A DNA stretch of 64,000 nucleotides. Source: an uncultured delta proteobacterium (GTDB lineage Bacteria > Desulfobacterota > BSN033 > UBA1163). The position numbers were made by a program, and so were the translations under genes. The DNA is taken from positions 128,001 through 192,000 of the forward strand of contig CAVPSJ010000012.1 in NCBI GenBank assembly GCA_963708295.1, written 5' to 3'. Below, piece by piece: positions 39,268 through 49,295 of the stretch. The notes beneath the pieces were generated by a model, which did no database searches, was not told the origin of the DNA, and saw nothing but the letters and a program-made list of their open reading frames with translations. Numbering within the stretch: the first letter of the stretch is position 1; each line of letters opens with the position of its first letter.

Positions 39268-39334
39268 TCTTTCAGCCTTCAGTCTTCAGCTTTCAGCCTT
39301 CAGCCTTGAGCCTCCACCTTTGAGCCTTTAGCTC
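39249..39334. repeat. Degenerate 7-bp tandem repeat, unit about TTCAGCC/T
   Basis: About 12 consecutive degenerate heptamers between convergent genes. Confidence 0.85.
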
Positions 39335-39338
39335 TTTT

Positions 39339-40394
39339 TCAATTCCAATCCGCCACGATGAAGCCGATGCCAATCCGGTTCACAGCACGGTTGTAATCGA
39401 GAAGGCTCTCGCCATATCCGACAAAGTATTGGACATAGCCGTTCACCCACTCGTAAATGGGAAAGCTCCATTCCGCTTGCAAGGCGCCGCGATTGGTGTG
39501 GAAACTAAAATTGTTCCGGAGCATCAGCCCGAACCGGTGCTTTTTCAAGAAATAGTATGCCCAGAGTTCTCCGTATCCGAGGTATTTTTCGATATTGGGA
39601 TTATCGTCATCCTTGGCAGATTCAGGGATGCGGTACCATGTCTTCAGGAGAAGGGAAAACCGACCTCTTTCAAAACCGAAGTTTGCCACCACGCGGTTCC
39701 AGCTTCTCGATAAAGGGTTGGATTCCCCGTTGGACTGGTGGTTAAAACCCAGATTGATGAAGCGGCCCGTCAATCCCAGGATGCGGTAATCGGTTTTAAA
39801 GTTGAGTAGAAGTTCCGGCTCGTAATCCGTCTCCCGGAATGGAGCGGAGTCCTCGGAGTTGTAAAGTTGCCAGAAAGACCGCTGCGTGTAGCCGAACCAC
39901 AGATCCATTTTTTGGCCGAGAACGTCTCTCCAGAGCTTTGCCTTGAAACTCAACTGAAAAGCGACCTCGGCCTTCTTGAGATCCTTATCGGGATCGTCTT
40001 CCCGGAGGACATCGACATTCGGCGATGAGTTGTAGGTATAAGGGAGAAAATAGTTGGATCGATGGAATTTAATGGCGAATCTCCTGCGACGGCCCTTCTC
40101 GTCCATGTCCCAGAGCCGTGAAAAGTAGGAAGCCTCCTCCTCTCCTCTTTCCGGGGCCTTTTCCGCTGATTCCTTCCCGGGCTCAATCGTTCTTGATTTC
40201 CGGCCGGCAAGGTTGTCGTAGCACTTCAGCCTTTCGGCATCCTCCTCGATTTTTGCGCATTCCGCCATGTCCTGGGGCGTTTCCGAAAGCGTTTCCGCGG
40301 ATGCCGCGTCTAACAACGCGAGAACGAGCCACAAACCGATCAAAAGACTTCCGGCGCCTGCCCAGGATCCGCAGCGCGTGGTTCGCCTTCTCAT
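39339..40394 (-). CDS. pldA: Outer membrane phospholipase A
   Basis: FQLSFK, FRETDYEPE, HQSNG...LSRSWNR, GYGESLLDYN. Confidence 0.93.
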   Translation of the reverse strand: MRRRTTRCGSWAGAGSLLIGLWLVLALLDAASAETLSETPQDMAECAKIEEDAERLKCYDNLAGRKSRTIEPGKESAEKAPERGEEEASYFSRLWDMDEKGRRRRFAIKFHRSNYFLPYTYNSSPNVDVLREDDPDKDLKKAEVAFQLSFKAKLWRDVLGQKMDLWFGYTQRSFWQLYNSEDSAPFRETDYEPELLLNFKTDYRILGLTGRFINLGFNHQSNGESNPLSRSWNRVVANFGFERGRFSLLLKTWYRIPESAKDDDNPNIEKYLGYGELWAYYFLKKHRFGLMLRNNFSFHTNRGALQAEWSFPIYEWVNGYVQYFVGYGESLLDYNRAVNRIGIGFIVADWN

Positions 40395-40469
40395 CGATAC
40401 CCCTTTTTCCGACTCGGGCATCCGCCCGTTGAGACCGGGTCCCTGTCTTTTACGACCGCATGCCGGGAT

Positions 40470-40799
40470 CTAACCTTTGTCGCAGCCAAGATATTTGAGT
40501 AAACCAGCGACATAGTTTCCCCAGGTTGGAGCCAATTTATCAATCTCATGCGAAAGGAGGGTTATTTCTCCGTTGTGAAATTTTTCGTGCAATTCCTCTA
40601 ACTTATAATACTTAAAGGGCCATGTTCTTTTTCCCAGTTGATTAACCATGTAAACACTTTTTTCTATTTCATCAATTTCAAATATTCGCAATTTGTTAAG
40701 GCCATCCGCTGCCCAGAATTCAATTTTATTATCCTTCATTTCCTTCAATTTTTCCCAGCTAAAGGAACAGCTTGATGGAGTCTCCGTTCTTTTTCCCAT
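40470..40799 (-). CDS. Hypothetical protein (AT-rich)
   Basis: Open frame of about 109 aa with protein-like composition; no family recognised. Confidence 0.55.
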   Translation of the reverse strand: MGKRTETPSSCSFSWEKLKEMKDNKIEFWAADGLNKLRIFEIDEIEKSVYMVNQLGKRTWPFKYYKLEELHEKFHNGEITLLSHEIDKLAPTWGNYVAGLLKYLGCDKG

Positions 40800-40939
40800 G
40801 AGTCCTTTGTTCTTCTCTTTCTCTCGTCTCATCCCCGTTGCGATGCAACGGTATCAGAAGTGTCTGCTCTTTCACCGTCTTATGTCAAGCCCTGACACGG
40901 AATCCCTCTTCCGTCCTCCTCTCACCGCTCTTCGTCTCT

Positions 40940-41908
40940 CTATTTCTTAAATTGTTTACCAAGTTCTTTGTGAGCTTCATACTCTTCCCGCCACACCTTG
41001 GTAAACTCATCGGGTCCGAGATAATGGATGTCGTCGCCAAATTGTTTGATCATTCCTATGACAGATTTGTCTTCTGTCATTTTCTTGAAGGCGGCAGCCA
41101 GCTTCTCGACGATGGGTCGGGGAGTCCCCTTGGGTGCCAAGACTCCCCGCCACATGACGTAGACGACATTGACCCCCTCCTCCTTTGCCGTAGGAACGTT
41201 GGGGAGGTCAGGATCACGCTTGTTGTCCAGAACAGCCAGTGCCCGAACCTTTCCTGATTTGATGTGAGGCAGAATGGCAATAGCGAATTGGCCGGAGATA
41301 TCGATGTGGCCGCCCAATTGGGCAACCAGAGCCGGGCCGCCCCCATCATGGGGGACGACCTTGGTTGTGATGCCGGTTTCCTTTATAACCATTTTCCATG
41401 GCAGGTCGGAAGGTCCCCAAGGGCCTCCGTTTCCGAAGACCACCTTGCCCGGGTTGGCCCTTGCCCACTCGACCATCTCCTTGAAGGTCTTATAGGGCGC
41501 ATCGGGTCGGGTAACGATAATGATCGGACTGTAGTTGATGCGGCACACCGCCGCGAAATCGTCTGGACCTTTTGACCGACCTTCAACCGCCGGAAGGGTC
41601 GAGTTCGGTCCTGGGCCACCGAACAATAACGTATAGCCGTCCGGCGCAGCCTTGGCAACGAATTCGGAGGCGATCGCTCCGCCTCCACCCGGTCTAAGCT
41701 GAACGATCATCGGTTGCCCCAGATAATCTGCTGCGACGCTCGTGACCGCGCGCGCTGTCAAGTCATGAGAACCTCCAGCACCCATGGGGACGACCAGGGC
41801 CACCGGTTTCGTCGGATAATCCTGGGCCTGGATCATCGAAGCGCCAAGAAATAAAAACATCAGTGAAATAACACTCACCCATCCCCCTTTTCGTAATTGC
41901 CTGAACAT
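40940..41908 (-). CDS. Tripartite tricarboxylate transporter substrate-binding protein (Bug/TctC)
   Basis: YPTKPV.LVVP.GAGG..D, PGGGG, APDGYTLL, PNVPT..E.G; RBS GGAGG. Confidence 0.93.
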   Translation of the reverse strand: MFRQLRKGGWVSVISLMFLFLGASMIQAQDYPTKPVALVVPMGAGGSHDLTARAVTSVAADYLGQPMIVQLRPGGGGAIASEFVAKAAPDGYTLLFGGPGPNSTLPAVEGRSKGPDDFAAVCRINYSPIIIVTRPDAPYKTFKEMVEWARANPGKVVFGNGGPWGPSDLPWKMVIKETGITTKVVPHDGGGPALVAQLGGHIDISGQFAIAILPHIKSGKVRALAVLDNKRDPDLPNVPTAKEEGVNVVYVMWRGVLAPKGTPRPIVEKLAAAFKKMTEDKSVIGMIKQFGDDIHYLGPDEFTKVWREEYEAHKELGKQFKK

Positions 41909-41978
41909 CTCTCTTCCTCCTTTCATGAAACACGAATGGGCCCTCTCTGTTGATCCTGTTCCCCTGTCTCCTGGAAAC

Positions 41979-42737
41979 TTATCGTGGGATAGCCTTCTTC
42001 TTCGGAATTGCACTCGGGAAGGCCAATTTGCTCTGGCTGACCTTCATGTTGACAAGAGCTTTTGCAATTTCAATCGCACACTTGTACGGGTGTAAAACGG
42101 GGACCTCGTAACCTGACTCCATCAGTCGTTTCTGAGCTAAGGGTTGTATCCACAACAGTTGATTGCAACCCACCACGATTACATCCGCGCCGTCCTTCTC
42201 GATGGCTTCGATACATTCCCTGACAAATGCCTCTGCCGCTTCCGGGGGATCGCCGTTCAGGCTCCCTGGCAGCCACTCGATCGATCTTACGGAGGCGCAC
42301 TTCTCATTCATCCCGTAGGAAATGATATTCTGCCGTAGCGCGATGGCCATCCATTCAAGAGTATCGATGATCGAATACCTGTTCCCTAAGAGAGAAGCGA
42401 AGGCAATCTGGGAACTTGTGCCGCCAACGAGCGGTATGCCGTATTGGGTGGCCAGCTGCTTCGCGGCGTAAAGTCCTGGCTCTAATCCACCCAATAGAAT
42501 CAAGGCATCGTACTTCCGACTCTCACAAGCCTCACGGACAAGCTTCAGAACATGAGAGAGTCCCGCAGCCATATCTTCACGCGTATCAGGCGCGGCGCCA
42601 GGATTACCCGGGGCGAGATCCCATTGGATCCCCTTCAGTAAGCCTTCCGCCTCAATTTCACGTAAGCACCGAACAGCGGTGGGCTCCTTACCGGAAGAAT
42701 ACTCAATCTTAAAAGGTGGTATGAATTGGAATCTCAT
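41979..42737 (-). CDS. Asp/Glu/hydantoin racemase family protein
   Basis: YDAL....EPGL.AAK, AIEKDGADVIVVGC, PVL.P...A, S..AFP. Confidence 0.8.
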   Translation of the reverse strand: MRFQFIPPFKIEYSSGKEPTAVRCLREIEAEGLLKGIQWDLAPGNPGAAPDTREDMAAGLSHVLKLVREACESRKYDALILLGGLEPGLYAAKQLATQYGIPLVGGTSSQIAFASLLGNRYSIIDTLEWMAIALRQNIISYGMNEKCASVRSIEWLPGSLNGDPPEAAEAFVRECIEAIEKDGADVIVVGCNQLLWIQPLAQKRLMESGYEVPVLHPYKCAIEIAKALVNMKVSQSKLAFPSAIPKKKAIPR

Positions 42738-42967
42738 CTGATTTCCTCCTTCATCGTATCAAACGTACGTATGGGGGTGGACGAAGCCGGCTTCAATATA
42801 CCAAAAAAAGGAAATTATGCAAGGATAAAGCATTCCTCAGGCAAGAGAATTCGCTCAAAACGGCATGACAACGCAAAGGATAACGATTTGACCCCAATTG
42901 CTCCGACTTTGACTTGACCGGAGAAAAAAGATAATCTCTTAAAGAGAGGTCTGAGGAGGTAAAAGAC

Positions 42968-43474
42968 ATGGATGCCATGGAGGCAATTCTTTCACGGAGA
43001 AGTATTCGGAGTTACACTTCTCAGAAGGTGTCGGATCAGCTGATCAAGGAACTTTTGGAGGCTGCCATGAACGCTCCTTCTGCAGGGAATGAACAACCCT
43101 GGCATTTTGTTGTCATCCATGATCGCAACATCCTGGGAGAAATCACAGGGTTTCATCCATATTCAGGAATGTTGAGAAAAGCTCAGGTAGCCATCCTGGT
43201 TTGTGTGGACCTCGATTCAGGAAATGAAGGATTTCTAGTTCAGGACGGTTCAGCAGCGACGGAAAACCTTCTGATCGCAGCCCATGCAAAAGGGCTGGGA
43301 GCCGTCTGGCTGGGGATCTATCCTTTAAAAGAGCGAATAGCAGGGATGCTTAAACTGCTTCGTCTTCCTGAACGGATCCTTCCTCTTTCCCTGATTTCAA
43401 TAGGCTACCCAGCGGAAGAAGTTTCTAGGGAAAACCGATATCATCCCGCAAGGGTCCACACCAACCTGTGGTAG
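42968..43474 (+). CDS. Nitroreductase family protein
   Basis: RRSIRSY, APSAGNEQPWHF, GLGAVWLG. Confidence 0.93.
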   Translation: MDAMEAILSRRSIRSYTSQKVSDQLIKELLEAAMNAPSAGNEQPWHFVVIHDRNILGEITGFHPYSGMLRKAQVAILVCVDLDSGNEGFLVQDGSAATENLLIAAHAKGLGAVWLGIYPLKERIAGMLKLLRLPERILPLSLISIGYPAEEVSRENRYHPARVHTNLW

Positions 43475-43610
43475 AGTAGAGATAGGTGTAAGGGGGTTTT
43501 TTAGGCGGGCGCTCTGCGTGCTTGGAAGCTTTCAAGGTTTATGCTCCACGCGATGCCCTTTGCGCGATGCTCTCTTCGATTCTTAATGCTGAGCTTCTTT
43601 ATAGATGATT

Positions 43611-43649
43611 CTATCTCCCTATCTCCCTATCTCCCTATCTCCCTATCTC
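43611..43649. repeat. 8-bp tandem repeat (CTATCTCC)x4 plus a partial unit
   Basis: Read directly from the sequence. Confidence 0.9.
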
Positions 43650-43682
43650 GACCCCATTTCTTTCACCCTTGCCCATAGCGTT

Positions 43683-44432
43683 TCAGGTTCGATTTCCAGG
43701 CGGAACCCAAACAAATCTTTTGTAATTTACCAATATTTGTTCGATTCGATTTTTTGGCCAGGAGGGATCCCATCCCAACCCCAGATCTTTATTGACAATG
43801 ATGACGTTGAGGTCGGTGAAGAACGGCTTACCTTCAATCACCGCGAAAATGTTACATATCCTGTCTATCGCCCTACAGTCACTGCATTCTCCAGTGACGG
43901 CACAGGGCGTCTTGGAATTTCTTCCCCCTAATTCAACCGACCTTATTCGAACATGGTTCGGAGCAATGATATTTCTAATCCTGTAAAAAGCTTCGTCCAA
44001 ATCCTTGACAATTTTGTTCCTTCCGACGACAACAATGGAAACAGGATGGCCCCAGAATATCCCCGCTACCCTATTCCCAACCGCATCCACGTTGACAAGT
44101 CTCCCATCTTCAGTAATGGCATTCGTCCCCGTGAGAAAAACGTCGCCAACCGTTGCCTCTTTAAGAATCTTTCTCATCTGGCGCAGGCCCTCCTCCGGAT
44201 CTTTCTGGAGCCTGTCTTGCTCGAAGGGATCCAGGACCTGGATACCTTTTTCCTTTAAAGTTTGCGGTATTCCGAGTTGTCTCATGGTCGTTGAATCGCC
44301 TATTCCCACGACCGCATCCTGAGAAATCAAACTCGTGACCTTCTGACGCGCATCCTCAGAATTTTCGGCAAATGAAGCATGGATGTGTCTCTGACGCAGA
44401 GAGGACAGAACCTCTTCGATCCGGATATCCAT
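43683..44432 (-). CDS. LUD domain (lactate utilization LutC/YkgG-like) protein
   Basis: FLTGTNAITEDGRLVNVDAVGNRV, GRNKIV, TPCAVTGECSDC....RIC. Confidence 0.88.
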   Translation of the reverse strand: MDIRIEEVLSSLRQRHIHASFAENSEDARQKVTSLISQDAVVGIGDSTTMRQLGIPQTLKEKGIQVLDPFEQDRLQKDPEEGLRQMRKILKEATVGDVFLTGTNAITEDGRLVNVDAVGNRVAGIFWGHPVSIVVVGRNKIVKDLDEAFYRIRNIIAPNHVRIRSVELGGRNSKTPCAVTGECSDCRAIDRICNIFAVIEGKPFFTDLNVIIVNKDLGLGWDPSWPKNRIEQILVNYKRFVWVPPGNRT

Positions 44433-44683
44433 CGAAACACCTCGATTCTTCCAGTCTTACAGGAAGGCTTTGAAACTATTTACATTTCCATCATCACCTG
44501 TGAGCAAAAAGCTGAAGTTCTTTCAAGACACCAACGACTCAAGTTCTCGTCACGAATTTGGTCAGGAATCTGGGTGCCTTTTAGATGATTATCAAATCCT
44601 TATTCTTAACTTGACTCCATTCGCTTCTTCAACCTTTCAATGTACTGGCAGATTTCGGTCCCGATGATCTGCTTAATACTACC

Positions 44684-44819
44684 CTATTTTCTTCTAAGTT
44701 CTAAGAATTTCCTGAGAGTCAATATCTTAAGATGAAAGGGGAGAGCCGGGGATTCCTCCAAAGACAAAAGCAGAGACAAGAACTCCTATATCAATGACTA
44801 CCTTGTTTCTTTCCTTCGT
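44684..44819 (-). pseudogene. Internally deleted PIN-domain toxin
   Basis: N-terminus KVVIDIGVLVSAFVFGGIP joined almost directly to a C-terminal LKILTLRKFLE in another frame; start codon reads ACG; overlaps the upstream small gene. Confidence 0.6.
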
Positions 44820-44988
44820 AAGCCTTTCTCCTTACCGATTTTACAGCACCTTCAATATCTCTCATTGTTAGTTTTGTTCCCTTAAATGCTTCTCTGGCAA
44901 TCTTAAGGGCAGCATCTAACCTGTCTTCAGGAGAAAGGACAGAAAGAATGTAATCTTCGTGATCAACTATCTTTCTTGCTGGTTTCAT
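44791..44988 (-). CDS. Small hypothetical protein, probable antitoxin
   Basis: 65 aa ending LTMRDIE.AVK.VR, overlapping the start of the PIN relic. Confidence 0.55.
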   Translation of the reverse strand: MKPARKIVDHEDYILSVLSPEDRLDAALKIAREAFKGTKLTMRDIEGAVKSVRRKAYEGKKQGSH

Positions 44989-45292
44989 CTTTACCTATCA
45001 TCCCGGCTAATTTTCTCTGATCATACACTAAAACACGGAGTAATTCCACCCATGATTTTGGCCGGTAGCGGGAGGCTCAAAAGCAAATCAAGCATAAGGA
45101 TAGATTAGCTCTCTTTGACACGTCTCCTCATCGCCGCTTCACCACGTCCCTTTGTCTTTCTATTTTATCTTTTCATCCCCCCGTCTCCCCATCACCGCAT
45201 TTCCTCACCTGCTCCTATGTCTCACCCGTCTCCCTCTGATTTATCCCCCATCGCGATACAACCTAAACAGCAAGGGTTGGTCTTTCACTGTC

Positions 45293-45976
45293 TCATGTCA
45301 CTGAATGCCTTTTCTTTTCATACCATTTTTTGAGGTTTTCGGGCCTCGCTCCCAGAAGATAAAATATCACCAAAATAATATTCATCACTTGCTGGCGTAT
45401 AATCCCACGCTCCAGGAACCGCCGGGCTGAGGTTGTAATCGGCTGGTTGACCAACGTCACCCGGCCGACCCGGTGTAATCGCTGCAAGAAATCGACGTCT
45501 TCCATGAAAGGTATTTCCGCAAATCCATTGAGTTGTTCAAAAACCTGTCGCCTAACGAAAATTCCCTGATCCCCATAGTGGAAATATCGGAATTTAAAAC
45601 GGCTAAAGAAGGCGATTAAACGAAGAAGAAATTTCTCACTGTTAAATCTCAACCGAAACGTGCCGCCGACAATCCGGGAATCAGCCAAAACCTGTTCCAG
45701 GAGGGGAAACGCTCGTGCGGGGAGGTGCGAATCAGCGTGTAAGAAGAGCAGGACCTCACCGGTCGAGGCGCGTGCCCCGGAATTCATCTGAACCGCGCGA
45801 CCCCGTCCGCTGTGGACCACCCTGGCATGTGGCCGGACAGCCTCAACCGTCCCATCCACACTGCCTCCGTCAACGACAAGAAGTTCAAACTCGCCTGACT
45901 GCTTATTGACACTGTCCAGGCAAGCGAGAATACCTCTGTCCTCATTCAACGCAGGAATAATCACAGAAATGTTCAT
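45293..45976 (-). CDS. GT2 glycosyltransferase, TIGR04283-like
   Basis: SVIIPALNE, VVDGGS.D.T, GRAVQMN.GA, LFLHAD, YGDQG, MED, TSARRF. Confidence 0.88.
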   Translation of the reverse strand: MNISVIIPALNEDRGILACLDSVNKQSGEFELLVVDGGSVDGTVEAVRPHARVVHSGRGRAVQMNSGARASTGEVLLFLHADSHLPARAFPLLEQVLADSRIVGGTFRLRFNSEKFLLRLIAFFSRFKFRYFHYGDQGIFVRRQVFEQLNGFAEIPFMEDVDFLQRLHRVGRVTLVNQPITTSARRFLERGIIRQQVMNIILVIFYLLGARPENLKKWYEKKRHSVT

Positions 45977-46234
45977 GGGTCAATAAAGAACGAATCATTT
46001 AAAATGATTAAGAGCTCAGTTTAGGGAAGCTGACGGATGTCTTAGGACCACTCACCCATTAACTTATTCGTCCTCTTTTTGTTAATTCCGCAATCCCTGC
46101 CTACCGGCAGGCGGGCGAAATCCTCATTGGAATGGGTGATTCAGTAACCTCCTGATCCCGGTAACTCAATGACAAAACAATCGAGCCAACTTTGGTGGAT
46201 ACGAATCTCAATCTTTAGGTCTCACCCCAAGATC

Positions 46235-47515
46235 TTAGACATCGGCTTCTTTCTGCCGTCCGTGTCCTATAGCCCTTTTGAGGGGTCCCAGCACCGCAAG
46301 CATGCCGAACCCCGCCCCGAATGCAAGCAGGGAGAGTATGACAAAAAAGTCCTGCTTTGACATCTTCTCCCAGAACGTACCCAGATAGCCTGATAGATAG
46401 TTGCCGGCAAAACTTGACAGAAACCACATGCCCATGAGCATCGAGACCATGCGGGCTGGTGCAAGCTTTGTCACGAGCGAAAGGCCGACAGGAGACAGAA
46501 AGAGTTCACCGATGGTGAGGATACCCACACACGCAGTGAGCCACCACATGCTCACGCTTTGCTGCTCTCCTGAGACGTGTGCGGCAAAAATCATGACGAC
46601 GAAGGAACCACCCAGCAGCATACATCCGATCGCCATCTTGGCGACGCTGGAAGGCTCGCTGCCCCGCTTTGCCTGCCAGGACCAGAAGCTGTTGATGGCC
46701 GGCGTGAGAAGAATAATCATGGCAGGGTTGAAAGCCTGGAACCAGGAGGCCGGCATCTCCCATCCCAAAACGTGACGGTTCGTATTCACGGCAGCCCAGA
46801 GCGCAAGCGTGTTCCCCTGCTGCTCGTACACCCCCCAAAAAATGATCGTGAACATCATCAGCACCACGAGTCCAAGTATCTTGTTGCGGTCATCCCGGCT
46901 CAGAGCCTCACGTTCCGGAACGCGGCCTGAAGTTCGCCTCGTGATGTCGTCCGGCGCGAGATGCTTCTGACCGACAAGATAGATGACAAGGCCGGCCACC
47001 ATACCCACCCCCGCAGCACTAAAGCCATAATGCCAGCCGTAGACCTCGCCAAGGGTGCCGCAGACAAGAGGTGAAAAGAACGCCCCGAGGTTGATGCCAA
47101 GGTAAAAAATGGTGAACGCACGGTCACGACGGTGATCGGCCGGAGGGTAAAGAGCGCCGACCTGCGTAGAAATGTTCGGCTTGAAGGCACCGTTTCCAAG
47201 AATCAGGAACAGCAGGGCCGGGAAAAACATGCTCTCGAGAGCCATCAGAAAGTGCCCGATGGCCATGAGCACCGCTCCCACGATCACGGTCCGCCGCTGC
47301 CCCAGAACCCGGTCGGCGAGCAGCCCACCGAAGAAGGGCGTGAAATAGACAAACCCCGTATACAGGCCGTAGATTTGAGACGCTTGCTCCTGGGTGAACA
47401 GAAGATGTTGGATCATGTAGTATACGAGAAGCGCCCTCATGCCGTAATAAGAGAACCGCTCCCACATTTCTGTGAAGAAAAGAAAGTACAATCCCTTGGG
47501 ATGACTGTGTCGCAT
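46235..47515 (-). CDS. POT/PTR family peptide:H+ symporter
   Basis: EMWERFSYYGMR (ExxERF motif), FKPNIS, FYLGINLG, GELFLSPVG. Confidence 0.95.
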   Translation of the reverse strand: MRHSHPKGLYFLFFTEMWERFSYYGMRALLVYYMIQHLLFTQEQASQIYGLYTGFVYFTPFFGGLLADRVLGQRRTVIVGAVLMAIGHFLMALESMFFPALLFLILGNGAFKPNISTQVGALYPPADHRRDRAFTIFYLGINLGAFFSPLVCGTLGEVYGWHYGFSAAGVGMVAGLVIYLVGQKHLAPDDITRRTSGRVPEREALSRDDRNKILGLVVLMMFTIIFWGVYEQQGNTLALWAAVNTNRHVLGWEMPASWFQAFNPAMIILLTPAINSFWSWQAKRGSEPSSVAKMAIGCMLLGGSFVVMIFAAHVSGEQQSVSMWWLTACVGILTIGELFLSPVGLSLVTKLAPARMVSMLMGMWFLSSFAGNYLSGYLGTFWEKMSKQDFFVILSLLAFGAGFGMLAVLGPLKRAIGHGRQKEADV

Positions 47516-47651
47516 GGTTCCTGGTTCGTTTGACGATGCGAAGGATAAGAGCTTCAAGATCTTTCAAATAATGTCACCCATGGCCGGGTAGACACGGAAT
47601 CCGTCCCATAAGACCCGACACCCGATTCTCTTCCGGTTCGACAGTCCGTGC

Positions 47652-48209
47652 TCAGGGGACCGGAGAGTCGAAGGGTCCCATGAATGGACTAAAGATATTA
47701 ATATTAATTCGACCTAACATTGGGAGGTCCCCCCCATCAAAGGGAGGAGGAAGTTTATACTTATGTTCGCCCCTCCGTCCCGGCGCGAACGTAAGCGGGA
47801 AGACCACTGCGTTACTCTCGTTCCCTGCCTCGTCAACGATAGAAATCTTCACGGTAATCTGCGTCCACACATCCAAAGTGGGTCTTTCCGAAGTAAAGGT
47901 ATTCCACTGAATATACCCTTTCAGATGATGTCTGTTCTCCGGCTTGATCGGTATGGTATCGGCAATATACTCACCCCATCCCAGTTGATTTACCGTTGAA
48001 ACGATTCTAGACATATCCCCGGTTGGATCCTCAGCTTCAAGATAGATTTTCCAAATATATGAATATTTTCCAGTCTCGGCAGCAAAGGAGTGGGTAATGA
48101 TGGGTCCCTCCGAGTCTGCTTTCGGTTGAGTCGATCCAAAAGTGTAAAAGAAAAGGGTTGTCGCTAACACTCCGAATATGACAGGAAGAATCTCTTTTTT
48201 CACCTTCAT
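47652..48209 (-). CDS. Hypothetical exported protein
   Basis: N-terminal hydrophobic signal, RBS GGGGG, beta-rich body. Confidence 0.65.
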   Translation of the reverse strand: MKVKKEILPVIFGVLATTLFFYTFGSTQPKADSEGPIITHSFAAETGKYSYIWKIYLEAEDPTGDMSRIVSTVNQLGWGEYIADTIPIKPENRHHLKGYIQWNTFTSERPTLDVWTQITVKISIVDEAGNESNAVVFPLTFAPGRRGEHKYKLPPPFDGGDLPMLGRININIFSPFMGPFDSPVP

Positions 48210-48576
48210 TCAGCCATCCCCCTAAAATTTAAACCCCCATCAAACGTTTTTCAAGATAATGACGGAGCAACGGCGGATTAAATTGACTATATAACCAAAT
48301 TCAGGATTCTTTGCGTAAACTGGGACTATCTTTAAAATTCCTAGTCAGAGCATTTTAGTCCCAAAAATTGCCACTCTAAGGCTAAAAACCGCCTCTTTTC
48401 CCAGAAATTTCTCCGTAGACTCAAGTAGTTTCATTGGTCCGACCCCACCAGCTTTGATTCGTACGTTCCACTTGGCCCTATTGAATAAAAAGCCCGAGAA
48501 GCACGTCGAATAAGTTAAGAACCCTTTGAAGCTTTGTATTTTTTGAATTAAAATTATAATTAGGAGGTGGAGAGAA

Positions 48577-48882
48577 ATGAAAAAGATTCTGTTATTGAGC
48601 ACCTTACTGCTGGTTTTCTTCCTGTCAACAGGAATATCTTCAGCATGGGTCTCTTTTCACTTTGGGATACCTGTACCTCCGGTGGTTGTCGGTCCTCCGG
48701 TAGTTGCAGCGCCGCCCCCTGCTTATTACCCCTATCCTTACGGTTATCCTTATTATTATGGTCCCGGTTATTATGGATATTATGGTCACCGGGCGTGGGT
48801 TCCAGGTTACTGGGGTTGGGGATGGACGAACCACAGGTGGGGAAGAGTCTGGCACGGGGGACATTGGGGGCACCACCGTTAA
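48577..48882 (+). CDS. Secreted Pro/Tyr/Gly-rich small protein (YXWGXW-repeat-like)
   Basis: Signal peptide, PPVVV/PPP, WVPGYW...WHGGHW; RBS GGAG. Confidence 0.8.
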   Translation: MKKILLLSTLLLVFFLSTGISSAWVSFHFGIPVPPVVVGPPVVAAPPPAYYPYPYGYPYYYGPGYYGYYGHRAWVPGYWGWGWTNHRWGRVWHGGHWGHHR

Positions 48883-49064
48883 GTTCAATTTCTCAAGGCT
48901 GATCGCAAGATTTTTCCCTGGGTTAACGGGGTGGTGTACCGAGATTTGGATGAAACCGAGGGCTTTGAATAATTAATTTGCATCTATCGGTTATTCAAAA
49001 GATTGTGAGAGCCGTCCCCAATTGAATCCTAGCTACGGCTGACCCCTTAGCTTCTTTCCGCCGG

Positions 49065-49295
49065 CTAATCGTGCACGTCCATTCCGATCATCTTGCCCAC
49101 TTTCACATACCCCGGCGGCAGAGGAGGCTCAACTCTCATTGCAGGGGCAAGCTGAGTATAACCGTGACCTGCCTCATCAAAATGTCTCAGCCCTGCCATT
49201 AAGTCTTCCATGAGATGCGCAGGCACCGAGAAGATCAGCTCATCGTCCTGGGCCAGTGCATTCCTGCGATCGCCGCCGCAAGGCAGAGTCACCTG
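49065..49295 (-). pseudogene. C-terminal fragment of a DUF169-like protein, fused to a RAYT relic
   Basis: VTLPCGGDRRNALAQDDELIFSVP; the upstream in-frame part is RAYT-derived (AVSVMRKRL). Confidence 0.6.

Noticed and set aside
39249-39334. CRISPR array (also considered for 8524-8655, 43611-43649 and 55245-55477)
   Set aside because: Units are 7-8 bp tandem repeats or irregularly spaced motifs with no unique 30-40 bp spacers, and there are no cas genes.
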